Part shown: one piece after another, positions 1 through 14,046 of the stretch | Numbering within the stretch: the stretch's first letter is position 1 | How the letters are laid out: the number at the start of each line of letters is the position of its first letter | Assembly (NCBI GenBank): GCA_951406725.2 | Contig: OX597841.1 | Coordinates: forward strand, 8,618,001-8,682,000 | Direction of reading: 5' to 3' | DNA from: Octopus vulgaris | Taxonomy: Eukaryota | DNA length: 64,000 nucleotides | Position numbers and translations under genes: made by a program | The notes under the pieces: generated by a model | Database searches by the model: none | What the model saw: the letters and a program-made list of their open reading frames with translations, nothing else | What the model was told of the DNA's origin: nothing

Positions 1-720
1 GTATAAGATGACCAATTAATTCAAAGAACTAGATTAAACGCTCAACAGCTCTGATTTACAACACACTAGGTCCCCAGACGACCCTGTTGATTTATTGACA
101 CCCAAAACTTCTACAACTAAATTTTATCAATCTCCTGACCACTACGTTTGGTCCGTAACCTCTATACATCCCTTATCTTTATATTTTTTTACATTTTTAT
201 CATGTGTATTCCTATTTTTATTTTTTTACTTTTTACTTTTTATTTCTATCTCTATTTTTACTTTATAACCTTATGCCTTTACATTCATTTATATTTCTTT
301 ATATTTCTTTATATCCCCTTTACATCTCCTTATATCCCTTTATATCTTTATACTCTACATTTTTATATTTTTCTATACTTACACTTTTTATATATTTTTT
401 ATCCCTCGTCCTGAATTCTCGCCCCTCCATCTTCACGTGTATATATGTATTTATTTATTTACATTACTTCAACATCCAAATTTCCTCATTCTACATTGAG
501 AGAAGAAAGAGATGGACGCTTCAATTCTATGCTGTTGCCGCATTATGTCGTACGCGAATGAGAGGATTTGCATCCCCAACCAAGAATTTTTGATGTAACA
601 CATGTCCTTGTGGAAGCTGTTGTGCGCGGCTGAAGAAGGCCACAGACATACATTATGCATTGTTATAAATCTGTCTAATAAAGGCCCGAAACATATGTAC
701 CGCTGAATCCTTGGCATCAT

Positions 721-723
<3 letters not shown>
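1..723 (+). mobile_element. 3' part (pseudo-LTR) of a Penelope-like element carrying a hammerhead ribozyme, ending in (TA)n
   Basis: AT-rich non-coding tract, then a type I hammerhead at 626-703, then (TA)n at ~724-785. This matches the layout of the Penelope-like element at 24803-28275. No ORF is visible here. Confidence 0.55.
626..703 (+). ncRNA. Type I hammerhead ribozyme (minimal, palindromic stem III)
   Basis: Stem I GCGG(626-629)/CCGC(700-703); CTGAAGA(630-636); stem II GGCC/GGCC with inner ACAGA/TCTGT; GAAAC(688-692); stem III palindrome ACATATGT; GTA cleavage triplet 697-699. Confidence 0.85.
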
Positions 724-786
<63 letters not shown>

Positions 787-904
787 GTATGTATGTGAAG
801 CAAAATTGAGGGGCACAATTGTGTACGAATACCCCATAGATATTTGATGCAGAGTATATATGCGTGTTCCCAAAAAACAGTTTGTGTGAGATTTGGCACC
901 TTAC

Positions 905-1130
905 GAGGGGAGAAATGCCTGTCTTTCCTCTCAGCCAGGTTTCTCTAACTACTACCACATCCAAATTATGGGATCTGAGTCATTGAGGAAAATCCCTTGT
1001 TTCCAATTCGACGTCAGGCTGCGAACTTTTAAACACCCTACGTTGAGTGTATATATGAAGAAATAATTTGGTCTACCTTAGGTTAGAGATGGGCGTTAAC
1101 CCCTAACGTTCCATTTATTTCGGAGCTTGT
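905..1130 (-). mobile_element. Decayed LINE (L1/Tx1-like) 5' endonuclease fragment
   Basis: Similar to 10670-10880, which is contiguous with the APE-like ORF 10117-10512, and to the inverted copy at ~12850-13090. Confidence 0.45.
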
Positions 1131-1136
1131 GAAGTC

Positions 1137-1177
<41 letters not shown>

Positions 1178-2413
1178 GTGTAAGTGTGTGTGTTCCCGTT
1201 TATGTGTGTGCTTACCCTACGATCGCAGCCGAACACGGTGTTGCTTTGTTTATGTCTCTGTAAAGCAACGTTGAGCGATACAGGACGGAAGAATAAGGAC
1301 AGTGTACAAATAAATAAACAGGTCTAGTTAATCCGTCAGAAACACTTGAAGGCAGTGCTCCAGCATGGCCACAATCCAATGGATAAAAGAAATCCAAGGT
1401 AAAGAGCAAACTGCTAAAACCTTCGATGTAAGGATGTTCAATAGATCTTATTACTGCATAACTCCAACCTCCCATGCTTTACACTCTCCCTCCCTCTCCC
1501 TCTCACACCCTCCCCACACACACACACACACACAACCCCGTACACAAACAGACACAGGCAAAGAATTACAGGTACACACAGAATAAAAGCACACACGCAG
1601 AAATATACTCTAATATTAACAGGCATATTTTACGTCAATTAAATGACCTGTAATTGTGAGTTACCTCCCTTAACATTATTCCGTTAATTTTTGTTACGTG
1701 CTTTATATTTAAAGTTCTTTTTACGGCCTATCGTTTCCATTTTTTAAACATCGGAACGCGGCCATGCTGGAGCACTGCATTGAAGTGTTTAGTCAACCAC
1801 ACAGCGGGAAGTGCTTCTCTTTATTCAGATTGCTGCTTATTTGTTTGTTCTGTCTTCATATAACAGCTACGTTACATGGATGTAAACAAAAACAGCGGAT
1901 GTCAAGTGGTGAAGATTGGACAAACAGAAACATACATGGCTATATATGTATAAGTGTGTGTGTGTGTGTGTGTGTGTGAATGTGTGTGAATGTGTGTGTG
2001 TGCGTGTGTGTGTCTGTGTATGTATATATATATATATATGTGTGTATATATATATATTTATATATATATAGGCGTATATGGCGCAGATTTAGCTCGCCCC
2101 TCTCCCTTTTTTGTGAAATACGTACAAAAATTTGGAGATAATGATTCTGAAAAAAGTCATTGTTTGTAAAATTCCATTTATTCAAAAGAAAAATAAATAA
2201 ATCTCACCTCCTGATTCTACGGTTTTCAACCAGGCTATCTACATGCTAGAAATAACAGCCATACCTCGAGCGAACTTTTTTGGGCACATAATTACAGTCT
2301 CTGTATCGAATGCTTTGCATTTTACCCCATGGGGCTACCGAGTCACTTCGTTACCATCATCTATCTCTTGTAGTTCCTACTATTCGTTTTCACTTTCTCT
2401 CTCCTTCCGCTTT

Positions 2414-2770
2414 GTGAAAGTACGTGACTCAATGGTAAGATCGCCAGGCTTACAATCAGGAGATAGTGAGATCGATTCATGGAACGGGCTGTGCGTTGAA
2501 GTTCTTGAGCAAGACACTTTATTTCACGTTACTCCAGTTCACTGAGTTGTTGAAATGAGTTTTGACATCACTGCGCCGAAGCTGTATCAGTCTTTGAATT
2601 GCCATTGGATAACATTGTTGTCATGGATAGGGTATGCAGTTATGCATGGGTGACTGCCGGTCATCCTTAAACAAATTTGCCCGGATACGTACCTTGGTGG
2701 GGAACTTTCTAGGTACAATCTCCTGGTCATTCATTACCAAAGAGGATCAAACATATGCACTTCCCTACCT
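2414..2770 (+). mobile_element. tRNA-derived SINE (decayed)
   Basis: A/B-box-like head (GACTCAATGGTAAG...GATCGATTC) followed by the core TTGAGCAAGACACTTTATTTCACGTT..CCAGT.CACT shared with the SINE at 30227. Confidence 0.7.
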
Positions 2771-3538
2771 CATTCTCTTATCCACTAGCTTGAAGCTGAC
2801 CCCCCACCCCACCCAAAAGGTTTTGTAGTTCTGCAACTTGAATCGCAACGAATAGTCGGGTTGTATGATAAAAAGCACTGAACCCATGCTGTAAATTGGT
2901 TGATGTTTGGAAGGGCATCTAACCAGAAATAGCAGACCAAAGCAGACATATATATATAATATATACATTTATATGTACGTATGTGTGTGTGTGTGTGTGT
3001 GTGTGATTGTATGTGTGTATGTGTGTGTATGTATGTTTGTGTGTCTGCGTTTGACCCTCGATTTTGCCTCCTTTAACTGAAAGAAGGGTTCATATTTTTA
3101 GTAAAATTTTTGACATATTGTGTACATGCTGATTATATTGGAATTCTTTTAGAAAAAGTTTTTCCTAGAGGGGGGGGGAGAATTTCAAAAAATTCCAATA
3201 TCGGCATTTTTTGGACGAAGACAGCTTTGATGAAATAATGAAAGAAATATGCAATCAATCTACTAATCAACTACCACACCCACCCATCCACACACATGCA
3301 TATATACTCTTTACTCTGTACTGTTTTACTTGTTTTAGGTCATTTGATTGTGGCCATGCTGGAGCACCGCCTTTAGACAGGCAAATGGACCCAGGGCTTA
3401 TTTTTTTGTAAACCTATTACTTATTCAATCACCTCATTTTCCCGAACCGCTAAGTTACGGCGTCGTAAAGACACCAGCATCGTTTGTCAAGCGATGTTGT
3501 GGGAACAAACAGAGATACACAAACATATACACACACAC

Positions 3539-3699
3539 ATGTATGTATGTATGTGTGTATGTATGTGTGTATGTATGTATGTATGTATGTATGTATGTAT
3601 GTATGTATGTATGTATGTGTGTATGTATGTATGTATGTGTGTATGTATGTATGTTTGTGTATGTTTGTATGTGTGTATGTATGTATGTATGTATGTATG

Positions 3700-3731
<32 letters not shown>

Positions 3732-5567
3732 TGTATGTATGTATGTATGTATGTATGTATGTATGTATGTATGTATGTATGTATGTATGTATGTATGTAT
3801 GTATGTATGTATGTATGTATGTATGTATGTATGTATGTGTGTATGTATGTATGTATGTATGTATGTATGTGTGTGTGTATGTATGTATGTATGTATGTAT
3901 GTATGTATGTATGTATGTATGTATGTGTGTATGTATGTATGTATGTACGTGTATGTATGTATGTATGTATGTATGTATGTATGTATGTGTGTATGTATGT
4001 ATGTATGTATGTATGTATGTATGTATGTATGTATATGTGTGTATGTGTGTATGTATGTATGTATGTATGTATGTATGTATGTATGTATGTATGTATGTAT
4101 GTATGTATGTATATGTGTGTATGTATGTATGTATGTATGTATGTATGTATGTATGTATGTATGTATGTGTGTATGTGTGTATGTATGTATGTATGTATGT
4201 ATGTATGTATGTATGTATGTATGTATGTATGTATGTATGTATGTATGTATGTATGTATGTATGTATGTATGTATGTATGTATGTATGTATGTATGTATGT
4301 ATGTATGTATGTATGTATGTATGTATGTATGTATGTATGTATGTGTGTATGTATGTATGTATGTATGTATGTATGTATGTATGTATGTATGTGTGTATGT
4401 ATGTATGTGTGTATGTATGTATGTATGTATGTATGTATGTATGTATGTATGTATGTATGTATGTATGTATGTATGTATGTGTGTATGTATGTATGTGTGT
4501 ATGTATGTATCAGTGTATGTATGTATGTATGTATGTATGTATGTATGTATCAATGTATGTATGTATGTATGTATGTATGTATGTATGTAGACATGTATGT
4601 ATGTATGTATGTATGTATGTATGTATGTATGTATGTATGTATGTATGTATGTATGTATGTATGTATGTATGTATGTATGTATGTATGTATGTATATGTGT
4701 ATGTTACGTATGTATGTTATGTATGTATGTATATATGTATGTATGTATGTATGCATGTTTGTATGTATGTATGTATGTATGTATGTATGTTTGTATGTAT
4801 GTATGTATGTGTGTATGTGTGTATGTATGTATGTATGTATGTATGTATGTATGTATGTATGTATGTATGTATGTATGTATGTATGTATGTATGTATGTAT
4901 GTATGTATGTATGTATGTATGTATGTATGTATGTATGTATGTATGTGTGTATGTATGTATGTATGTGTGTATGTATGTATGTGTGTATGTGTGTAAGTAT
5001 GTATGTATGTATGTATGTATGTATGTATGTATGTATGTATGTATGTATGTATGTATGTGTGTATGTATGTATGTATGTATGTATGTATGTATGTATGTAT
5101 GTATGTATGTATGTATGTATGTATGTGTGTATGTATGTATGTGTGTATGTATGTATGTATGTATGTATGTATGTATGTATGTATGTATGTATGTATGTAT
5201 GTATGTATGTATGTATGTATGTATGTATGTATGTATGTATGTATGTATGTATGTATGTATGTATGTATGTATGTATGTATGTATGTATGTATGTATGTAT
5301 GTGTGTATGTATGTATGTATGTATGTATGTATGTATGTATGTATGTATGTATGTATGTGTGTATGTATGTATGTATGTATGTATGTATGTGTGTATGTTT
5401 GTATGTATGTATGTATGTATGTTTGTATGTATGAATGTATGTATGTATGTATGTATGTATGTATGTATGTATGTATGTATGTGTGTATGTATGTATGTTT
5501 GTATGTATGTGTGTATGTATGTATGTATGTATGTATGTATGTATGTATGTATGTATGTATGTATGTA
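3539..5567. repeat. ~2-kb (TATG)n microsatellite
   Basis: Direct reading; sporadic TGTG variants. Confidence 0.98.
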
Positions 5568-8500
5568 GGAAGGAGGAACTCTTGAGAGTCAACGGCCATC
5601 CAATAAATTTTTTATGCTTTTTTTCTTCTTTTCTTTTTCTTTTTGTTAATGCTTAAGGCTGTAACATGGGCGGGGACATAGAAATAACCGGACTGAATAC
5701 CCGATCGCGCGGTTAAACCATTGGGAGTGAAGGACTCCTAGCCTTTGTTAGGGCATCCTTCTAGAAGGTAACTCAGGTAACTGGGATAACTGCGACATAA
5801 AACCTGCGGCTCAGTGGTTACCGATGATGTTGACCGATGATGTCTTTTCGGATTATGGCTTCTGTTGCTTAGTGTGTGGGATTGACTCAGTGCACAGTCT
5901 TTCCTCACTTTGAAAATATCTTCGTGCACAGGCATTGCACGAAAACAACATTGGATTGATTAAAGTGAGTAACTAATTCATGATTGTTGATAGTTCTGTG
6001 AGTCTCAACTGAATGGCTGGCTGTAGCCTTAAAAAGCAAAAATCAATGATGTACCAAAACAGTATAAAAATAAATGGCAGTAAGGACTCTGGAACCACAT
6101 CAGCTGAAAGAGTCTGGCCCGGCAGGGGCTCCAGAGCATCACAGTCTGAACCCGGCCGTCATCATGCTACTGTGATAGAACCAAAGAAAATAATGAATAT
6201 TTGCTGTTGGAATATACGGACACTGCTTGACCTTAAGTCCTCTGAATGTCCTGAAAGAAGGACTGCGCTTGTGGCGAAGGAGCTTCAACGCTATGATCTT
6301 GACATCGTTGCTTTATCTGAGACGAGATTACCTGGAGATGGTCATCTTACAGAATCTTGTGGAAAATATACATTCTTTTGGAAAGGGAGAGATGAAGAGT
6401 TTAGAGGAGAAGCTGGAGTGGCATTTGCTGTTAAGACTACTCTTGTGGACAAGTTGGAAGAATTCCCAATCGAAACTAACGATCGTCTTATGTCCATGAG
6501 AATTCCTTTGGCTAAAGGAAATTATATGACCTTGGTGAGTGTGTAAGCTCCAACTATGTGCTATACTGATGACGAAAAACTTTCTTTCTACCATGCTTTG
6601 AAGGGCATTATAAGAAATATCCCTCGGGCAGACAAAGTCATCGTACTGGGTGACTTTAATGCTAGAGTGGGTAGGGATTTTAACACATGGACTGTAATTG
6701 GAAAGCATGGGGTGGGGAAGTGTAATAGTAATGGCATTCTTTTGCTGCACATGTGTGAAGAGCTGAGTCTGTGTGTTACCAATACCATGTTTCAACCAAA
6801 GAATAAGCTTAGGAATAAAGAATGGCATATTCTGGATTACATCCTAGTTAGGGTGCGTGACAGACAGGATGTGCAGTGTGATCGTGTTCTTCGTGGAGCT
6901 GAGTGTTGGACTGACCACCGCCTAGTACGACGTGCAACAGTGAAATTAGTCACAAAACATAAAATCCGAGCTGCAGGGATTTCCCTGCCTAAAAGACTGG
7001 ATGTTGATCGTCTTAGGTGTAATAGTGTGAAGAGAACTTTGCGAGAGGAAATGAATGCTGTAGATATTGGGGAGGATTGGCCAACCCTTAAAAAGTCAGT
7101 TTATGATATAGGCAGGAAAGTTCTGGGATTGATACAAAGAAAGCATCAAGATTGGTTCAAAGAAAATGATGAACATATAGATGATTTATTGGCTGATAAA
7201 AGGCGTACTTTGTCACGCTATTTGTCAGCAAAGTCACAGGAAAGGGAAGTGTTGCATAGGGAACTCAAGGACGTAAAATCACGTGTGAGGCAAAGGCTCT
7301 CTCAGATGAGGGATACGTGGTGGAGTAAGAAGGCTGACGAGATACAGGCGGCATGAGATTCCAATAACACAAAGTTGCTGTATGGTCTCTTGCGAGAAGT
7401 TTATGGACCGACGTCTTCCCTGATGACACCAATTCGAAACAGGGATGGTAAAGAAGTTCTTCATGATTCACAAGGAATTCTGCGAAGGTGGCAAGAACAC
7501 TTTGATGAACTTTTGAATCAACAGTTTGTAGTTATTGAGGATGTTCTCAATCTCATCCCTGGATTGCCTGTGAAGGCAGCACTCGCAGAACCACGAAAGT
7601 TGGAAGACATTTCAATGGCCGTCTCAAGGTTGAATAATGGGAAGTCTCCGGGTATGGATGGCATACATGCGGAGTTGTTACAGCATGGTGGTGAGAAAAT
7701 TCTGCAGAAACTTCAATCTTTGTTTGGTAAGGTATGGACTAGTGAATTTGTACCTGAGGACCAGAGAAATGCAGTGATGGTGGTCCTGTATAAGTGAAAG
7801 GGCAACAGGAATGATTGTGGTAATTATAGGGGAGTATCATTGCTGTCTGCCGTAGGAAAGATTTTATGGAGGATACTTCTGGATCGTCTGCTGAAATACA
7901 TTGCAGATTGTGTTCTTCCAGAAAGTCAATCTGGCTTTTGTGTGGGACGTGGCACTGCTGGTATGATATTTTCAGCTAGACAGCTTCAGGAAAAGTGTGT
8001 GGAACAGGGTCTTGATTTGTATCAGCTTTTTGTCGATCTGACAAAAGCCTTTGATACCGTCAATAGAAAAGCATTGTGGAAAGTCCTCCAGAAATTGGGG
8101 GTCCTGAAAAGTTCCTTGCTTAGGTTAGGTCTTTTCATGAAGATATGAATGGTAGGGTGAATACTAGAGGGAAGATGTCGGAGCTCATTTCAATACAAAA
8201 TGGACTGAAACTGGGGCATATTCTGGCATTGACCCTATTTTCCATATATTTCGCGATGGTGTTCTGTATTGCATTCAGAAACTGCAGAAACGGTGTTTAC
8301 GTCCATTATCGAACCTCTGGCAACATATTTAATATCAGGGGCTTTGCTGCAAAAACAAAGATATTTACCTCTATCATAAAAAAACATTTTGTATGCTGAT
8401 GATTTTGAGCTAGTAGCACACACAGAGATTGATATGCAACACATTTTGAATGCATTCTCTGATGCTTGCACTGCCTTAGGATTGACAGTCAATCTCAAGA

Positions 8501-9372
8501 AAACTGTTGTCATGCATCAACCTGCCCTTGGTAAGCAGTATAGTGTACCAAATATCTATGTGAATGGTAAACGACTTGATGTAGTCGATCACTTTGTCTA
8601 CCTGGGAAGCACTATTAATAGATATGGCAATGTGGATGATGAAATTCCATATAGAATGTGGATGATGAAATTCCATATAGAATTAGGAAAGCAAGTGTTG
8701 CTTTCGGAAGGCTAGAAAAGCGCCCATGGAGTCCGCGATACATATGCAGAAAGACAAAGATAAAGGTGTACAAGGCATGTGTGTTCCCTTCTCTTCTCTC
8801 TGCCTGCAAGACGTGGGTCATATATGGATACCACCTTAAACAACTGCAATGTTTCCATCAGATGTGCCTCAGACGGATCTATGGCATTAAGTGGAAGGAC
8901 CGCATCGGTGATCTTGAAATACTCGAAGGCCCTCGGTGTGAAAGTGTAGAAGCTCTTGTGTTAAAGCAAAGGCTCAGATGGAGTGGTCATCTGGTCAGAA
9001 TTAAGGATTCAAGGATGCCAAAACAACTCTTTTATGGAGAGTTAGCTAAAGGAGAACGACCTACACATAAACCAAAAAAGAGGTATAAGGACTTGCTGAA
9101 GGCTTCCTTAAGAGATGCTTGCATCTCTCCTGACACATAGGAAGGTATAGCTATTGATCGTAGCAGGTGGAGAAGGATTGTGCATGAGGGGACAGCTACA
9201 TTTCAGAAATCTCGAGTTGCACATGAGAAAGTAAGGAGGGATGTCAGGAAGGGCATCGCTGGTACACTTCCAGAAGGGAAGGGTCTTCCTTTGATTCTGA
9301 CATGCGATGTCTGTGCAAGACCCTGCCTCAGTAAAGCTGGATTCATGAGTCATCTTCGTAGTCATAAAACGA
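5568..9372 (+). mobile_element. RTE-clade LINE, near full length, pseudogenised (APE-RT-C2H2), 3' end missing
   Basis: APE motifs CWNIRTL, IVALSETR, VLGDFNARVG, WTDHRLV; RT motifs GKSPGMDGI, LPESQSGF, FVDLTKAFD, YADD; RTE C-terminus LRWSGHLVR..PKQLFYGEL. Many stops and frameshifts. Confidence 0.93.
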
Positions 9373-9416
9373 TGCATGTATGTATATATACGTATATATG
9401 TATGTATGTATGTATT

Positions 9417-9449
<33 letters not shown>

Positions 9450-9880
9450 GTATGTATGTATATATATATATGTGATTGCATATATGTATGTATATATGTA
9501 TGTCTGTATGTATGCATCTATGTATATGCATGTGCGACTGTATGTATGCATGTATGTAGGTATGTTTGCATGCATGTATGTATATGCATGCGTGTATGTA
9601 TGTATGTGTGTATGCATGCATGTATGTATGTATGTATGTATGCATGCATGTGCGACTGTATGTATGTATGTATGTATGTATGTATGTATGTATGTATGTA
9701 TGTATGTATGCAAGCATGCATGTATGTATGTATATATGTATATATATGTGTGTATGTATATATGTATAAATGTATGTATGAATATACGCAGGCATGGATG
9801 AATGCAAGTGCATTCATATCTGAATGCGTCTATGTATTAAGGGTGGGTGTATGTATGTGTGTGTGTGTGTGTGTGCATGC
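9373..9880. repeat. Mixed TATG/TA/TG microsatellite
   Basis: Direct reading. Confidence 0.9.
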
Positions 9881-10116
9881 GTCCCTGAGATATTTTGTGT
9901 GTTTGCTTGTCCTCTGATCGCAACCTGACATGTTGTTACTTTGTTTATGTCACTATAAAGCAACGTTTAGCGTTACAGGTCGGAAGCATAAGAACAGATT
10001 ACAAGTAAATAAATAAATATATAGGTCCAGTTAAAACGACGAAAATTCTTCAAGGCGGAGCCCCAGCATGGCCACAATCCAATGAATGAAAGAAATCCAA
10101 GGTAACTAAGGAGATT

Positions 10117-10880
10117 CTAGTCGCCGGGACCTTGCCTATGTAACCTATCGAGTTCAAACTTTCTGGTCACAGGCTTCTGATCACTGTAGTTAACATAGTG
10201 AAATTGTGCACGCACAAATACATCTTTATCTATACATCTAAGAAATAGCCTGTCCATATAAGATCTAGAAGACCCATCGCTATTCATCCATGCCCACAGT
10301 GGAGCGTCTGGGTGTTCCAGTATATACAGATTTGCCAGCAAAAAACGCTTAAGCAGATCGAAGAGATACGTGTTTCTCCTCCTATCTGTATTCGAGCAAA
10401 CACAATCCACTAAGGAGTGTGACGTACCTAGAAAATTGTCTAGCCTAGAAAATTGTCTAACTGTCCGGTCGTCGGAGTTCAAAAACAACCCCCAGCCTGA
10501 AAGACTTATCAATGATGAGGTTTACATCAAATACGACCAGTCTACTCCCACCCTCGGATCAATAAAGATTACTCTTGATGCTAAATCCAGTTTTTCTTGA
10601 GCAGAATTACGACCGCCCCTCTTCACATTCTGGGTGACCAGGAGAAATAAATTTCTCGTTGCAGTTTAGGCGGGGAGAAATGCTTGTCAGTCCACTCAGC
10701 CAGGTTTCTCTAACTACTAACACATCCAAATTAAGCGACACGAGGTCATTGAGGAAAAGCCCTTATTTCCAATTCGATGACAGGATGTAAACATTTAAAC
10801 TCCCTACATCGAGTGTAAACATGAAGAAAAAACTTAGTTTGGAGATGGGCGTTAAAACATACAGTTCTATTTATTTAGGA
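10117..10880 (-). mobile_element. Decayed LINE AP-endonuclease fragment (L1/Tx1-like)
   Basis: ORF 10117-10512 contains WAWMNSDGSSRSYMDRLF and YSDQK, degenerate versions of the APE 'SRIDY' and 'SDH' motifs. Confidence 0.6.
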
Positions 10881-11505
10881 GCTTGTGAAGTCTCTAGGTG
10901 TGTGTGTGTTCATGTTTATGCGTGTCCTTATCCTACGATTGCAGCCTGACACGGTGTTGCTTTGTTTATGTCTCTATAAAGCAACGTTCAGCAATAAAGG
11001 ACGGAAGAATAAGGAGAAATTACAAATAAATAAATAAATAAATAGGTCCAGTTAACCCGTCAGAAATCTTGAAGGCGGTGCTCCAGCATGGCCACAATCC
11101 AATGAATGAAGGGAATCCAGGGTGAAGAGCAAACTGTTAAAAGATTCGATGTAAGGATGTTCTATAGAGCTTATTACTGCATTACTCCAACCTCCCATGC
11201 TTTCCTCTCTCCCTCCCACTCCTTCTCTCGCAAACAACACACACACACACACACATACACACACAGAAACCCGCATATACAAACAGATTCAAGGATAGAA
11301 GCGTTTGAACACACCGAACAAAGAACACACGCAAAAAAATACGCTAACATAACCTAAAATATTTTATCTCAAGGGAAGATACTCTCAATTATATTTTAAT
11401 ATATTTGAGAGTTACCTCCTTAAAACTATTTTATAATTCATTTAAGTGCCTTAAGTATAAATTAATTTTTACGGCCTATCGTTTGCATTACTTAAACGTT
11501 GGTAG

Positions 11506-11612
<107 letters not shown>

Positions 11613-11724
11613 CATCTGTGTGTGTGTATGTGTGTGTGTGTTCATGTTTATGTATGTCCTTATCCTACGATTGCAGCCTGACATGGAGTTGGTTTGTTTA
11701 TGTCTCTATAAAGCAAATTTTAGT

Positions 11725-12150
11725 AATGAACTGCATGCTATTCTTGTCAGCCCCCTTGTATATTTTGTCCAGCTCACATTGCAGGTGCATAGTGTCTTCA
11801 GGGTTCTGTGTTACCTGTGAAACTTTTGTATCATCTGCATAACTTGTGATCGTGGCGTTCTGAGGGCATTCTGAGAGGGACAATATGAGCAGAAGTGCTC
11901 CCAAAACAGAGCCTTGCGGGACACCGGTCCTTATTTGCGTATCATTGGAGGTAGCCCCATTGGCTACTACCACCTGACTTCTATCCTTCAGAAAGTCATG
12001 AAGCCATTCTCACAATTTTCCAACTATGCCAAGATCACAAAGTTTGTGACATATCGTTCCATGATAAAACTTTATCAACATTTATCGGCGTTTGCAACGT
12101 CGAGGTATAACACTTCCACATTTCAGCAACCAGTCACAGTATATTGTAAG
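11725..12150 (-). mobile_element. CR1-like LINE RT fragment, same family as 32895-36667
   Basis: VVANGATS..GVPQGSVLG..SYADDTKV; colinear with ~33785-34220. Confidence 0.9.
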
Positions 12151-12151
12151 A

Positions 12152-12192
<41 letters not shown>

Positions 12193-12528
12193 TAAAAATC
12201 ATTCTACTTCTCTTCTCACTCTCGGAAACCTGGAGTAATGCAGTAATAAGCTCCATAGTACATCCTTACATCGAAGGTTTTAGTAAATTGCTCTTTTCCT
12301 CGTATTTCTTTCATTCATTGGATTGTGGCCATGCTGGGGCACCGCCTTGAAGCGTCTCCGTCGGGTTAGCTTTACCTGTTTATTTATGTATTTGTAATCT
12401 GTCCTTATTCTTCCGTCCTCTATCGCTGAACTTTGCTTTATAGAGACATAAACAAAGCAACACCGTGCTAGGCTGCGATCATAGGATAAGGACACACATA
12501 AACATGAACACATACACACACGCACACA

Positions 12529-12578
<50 letters not shown>

Positions 12579-13495
12579 GACTTGGCAATGCTTGGGCAAT
12601 GCTTGTGCACCGCCTTGAAGCGTTTTCGGCGGATTAACTGGATCTGATTATTTATTTTTTTGTAATCTGTCCTTATTCTTCCGTCCTCTATCAATGAAAG
12701 TTGCTTTCTGGAGACATAAACAAAGGCAACACCGTGTCAGGCTGCGATCGTAGGATAAGGACACACCTAAACATGAAGACTCACACACACACACACGCAC
12801 GCACATACACACACACATATGAAGACTTCACTAGCTCCTCAATAAATGAAACGTGAGTGGTTAACGCCCATCTCTAACCTAAGGTAGACCAAACTTTTTC
12901 TTCATGCTTACACTCAACGTAAGGTCTTTAAATGTTTGCAGCCAGGCGACGAATTGGAAACAACGGATTTTCCTCAAAGACCTCAAGTCGCAAAACTTGG
13001 ATGTGGTAGTAGTGAGAGAAACCTGGCTGGGTGCAATTTGAAGCATTTCTCCCCTCCTTAAACTGCTACGAGAATTTTTTTCTCCTGGTCACCTTGGTGG
13101 TAAGGTGAGGTACACATTGTGGAGACGTAACCAACCCCTAACACGTCTTTGTATTTTTTACGGAGAACCATGTTTTCGGTTATGGAGATACCGATTCAAA
13201 ATTTCAATTGCACCCTCCATTCTTCATTTTTCGCTTTCCAAAATTTTTTGGGGCAAAATAGGTGATAAAAAAAAACGAGATCATGATTCTGGAAATTTTC
13301 CAAAATAAGATAAAAAAATCTGCATCAACCCTCTCACCTCCCGATTCTATGGGCTTCAAACAGGATATCCACATGGTAGAAAAAGCAGCAAATCGCACAC
13401 AAACTGTTTTTGGAACATACGTATATACTCTGTATCGAACGCCTATGGGATATTCCTACACAATTGTACCCTTCAATTTTGCTTCACACACATGC

Positions 13496-13551
<56 letters not shown>

Positions 13552-13797
13552 GTTCTTTACTGTTTTGTTCTTTACCGCATTTGGACAGGCCACCCGGCCG
13601 TAGGAGATATTTTTTGAAAGCCTTTTATTTATTTAATCTCTCTCATTTTAACGAAACGCTAAGAGACGGGGTCGTAATAACACAAGCATCGGTAATCAAG
13701 CGATGTTGCGGGGACACACACAGACACACAAACATAAATACACACATACACACACACAAACACACACAAACCAACACACACACACAAACATACACAC

Positions 13798-13840
<43 letters not shown>

Positions 13841-13991
13841 TACGATGGGTTTTTTCAGTTATCGTCTACCAAATCCACTCACAAGGACTTGGTCGTCCTG
13901 AGGCTATAGTAGAAGTCACATGCCCAAGGTAGCACGCAGTGGGACTGAACCAGGAACCATGTCGTTCGTTAGCAAGCTAATTAACACACAC

Positions 13992-13992
<1 letters not shown>
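13841..13992 (-). mobile_element. tRNA-derived SINE (octopus OR-like), decayed
   Basis: The reverse strand has the GGTTCAGTCCCACTGCGTG B-box region and CTTCTACTATAGCC; same family as 21312, 21509 and 62793. Confidence 0.75.

Positions 13993-14046
<54 letters not shown>

Noticed and set aside
3348-5599. Long ORFs (up to 745 aa) of MYVC/HTYI repeats, and similar ORFs at 28-44 kb and 61 kb
   Set aside because: Translations of stop-free microsatellites.
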